Under the pieces are notes generated by a model that saw nothing but the letters and a program-made list of their open reading frames with translations, had not been told where the DNA came from and did not search any database. From Malacoraja senta (lineage: Eukaryota), in NCBI GenBank assembly GCA_038087875.1, contig JAXLNO010000666.1:116804-136803 (forward strand): DNA of 20,000 nt, given 5' to 3'. Shown here piece by piece: positions 19,599-20,000 of the stretch (position 1 is the stretch's first letter; each line of letters starts with the position of its first letter). A program made the position numbers and the translations under genes.

Positions 19599-19818
19599 TT
19601 CTCGTTAATTCTACCACAACCAATGAAGAAGCTGCTAAAGCTATTGCCAACCTCTCAGAAGCTGTACCTCATACAGAATCACTTTAAACTGGGTCCAACA
19701 TACAAATATGGTGCCTTGTATAAGAATGGATGCTGGCGAATATTTAACCCTGACTGGTTTCGAGCTTGTATATAGCGATCATGTGGATGGCGTCTTTTGC
19801 CTACCTTGTGCCTTGTTT
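19599..19818 (+). pseudogene. hAT-family transposase N-terminal remnant (TTF-type zinc finger, THAP12/PRKRIR-like)
   Basis: Read across two frameshifts: LVNSTTTNEEAAKAIANLS / QKLYLIQNHFKLGPTYKYGALYKNGCWRIFNPDWF / LVYSDHVDGVFCLPCALF. Confidence 0.75.
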
Positions 19819-20000
19819 TTTTTAATGTATTTTATTTATTTATTTATTGATTATTTTTATTAGAAGTATTTTACATTACAGTAATCTGCAATAACGTAAA
19901 TTTATACAGTTCTTGTACCACTTCTGTTTTTCAACTTTAATAGAAAGAAAGGATAGAAAGAGCTAGCAAAGACAGTCAGTGAGTGAATGAAAAATTGGTC
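19816..20000 (-). mobile_element. Probable third L1 3' end, running off the window
   Basis: T-rich tail and TTTTTATTAGAAG, as at the 3' ends of the other two L1 copies (~900 and ~9685). Confidence 0.6.

Noticed and set aside
15811..20000. SLC22 exon 9 (and exon 5 upstream of 9365)
   Set aside because: No LPE(S/T)..LP or PESPRWL coding segment with splice sites was found; these exons are presumed to lie outside the window.

Overview
Eukaryotic genomic DNA, most likely from a cartilaginous fish such as a skate or ray. This is inferred from HE1/V-SINE-type SINEs and CR1 LINEs that share a 3' tail. The window lies inside a + strand SLC22A4/SLC22A5-like (OCTN) transporter gene. Three exons (9365-9465, 13631-13845, 15628-15810; 101/215/183 bp) splice in frame and match exons 6-8 of the OCTN genes. 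The introns are almost entirely nested transposable elements. These include a full-length decayed L1 (874-8238, minus strand, 15-bp TSD) that carries a 5'-inverted Penelope-like element and a ~95-bp hammerhead-like mini-insertion. Also present are two further L1 3' ends, a Tx1 fragment, four CR1 copies, about seven V-SINEs, Harbinger-like MITEs, a Helitron-type 3' end and a hAT transposase remnant. The most interesting signals are four. First, a hammerhead-ribozyme-like module appears to move as a tiny unit, and its only host-sense copy is disrupted. Second, the Penelope-like element has a twin-priming-style inversion with a 29-bp duplication. Third, V-SINEs are repeatedly used as landing sites. 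Fourth, the transporter has unusual TM10 residues. No database search was possible, so family names rest on motif recognition and novelty is unverified.
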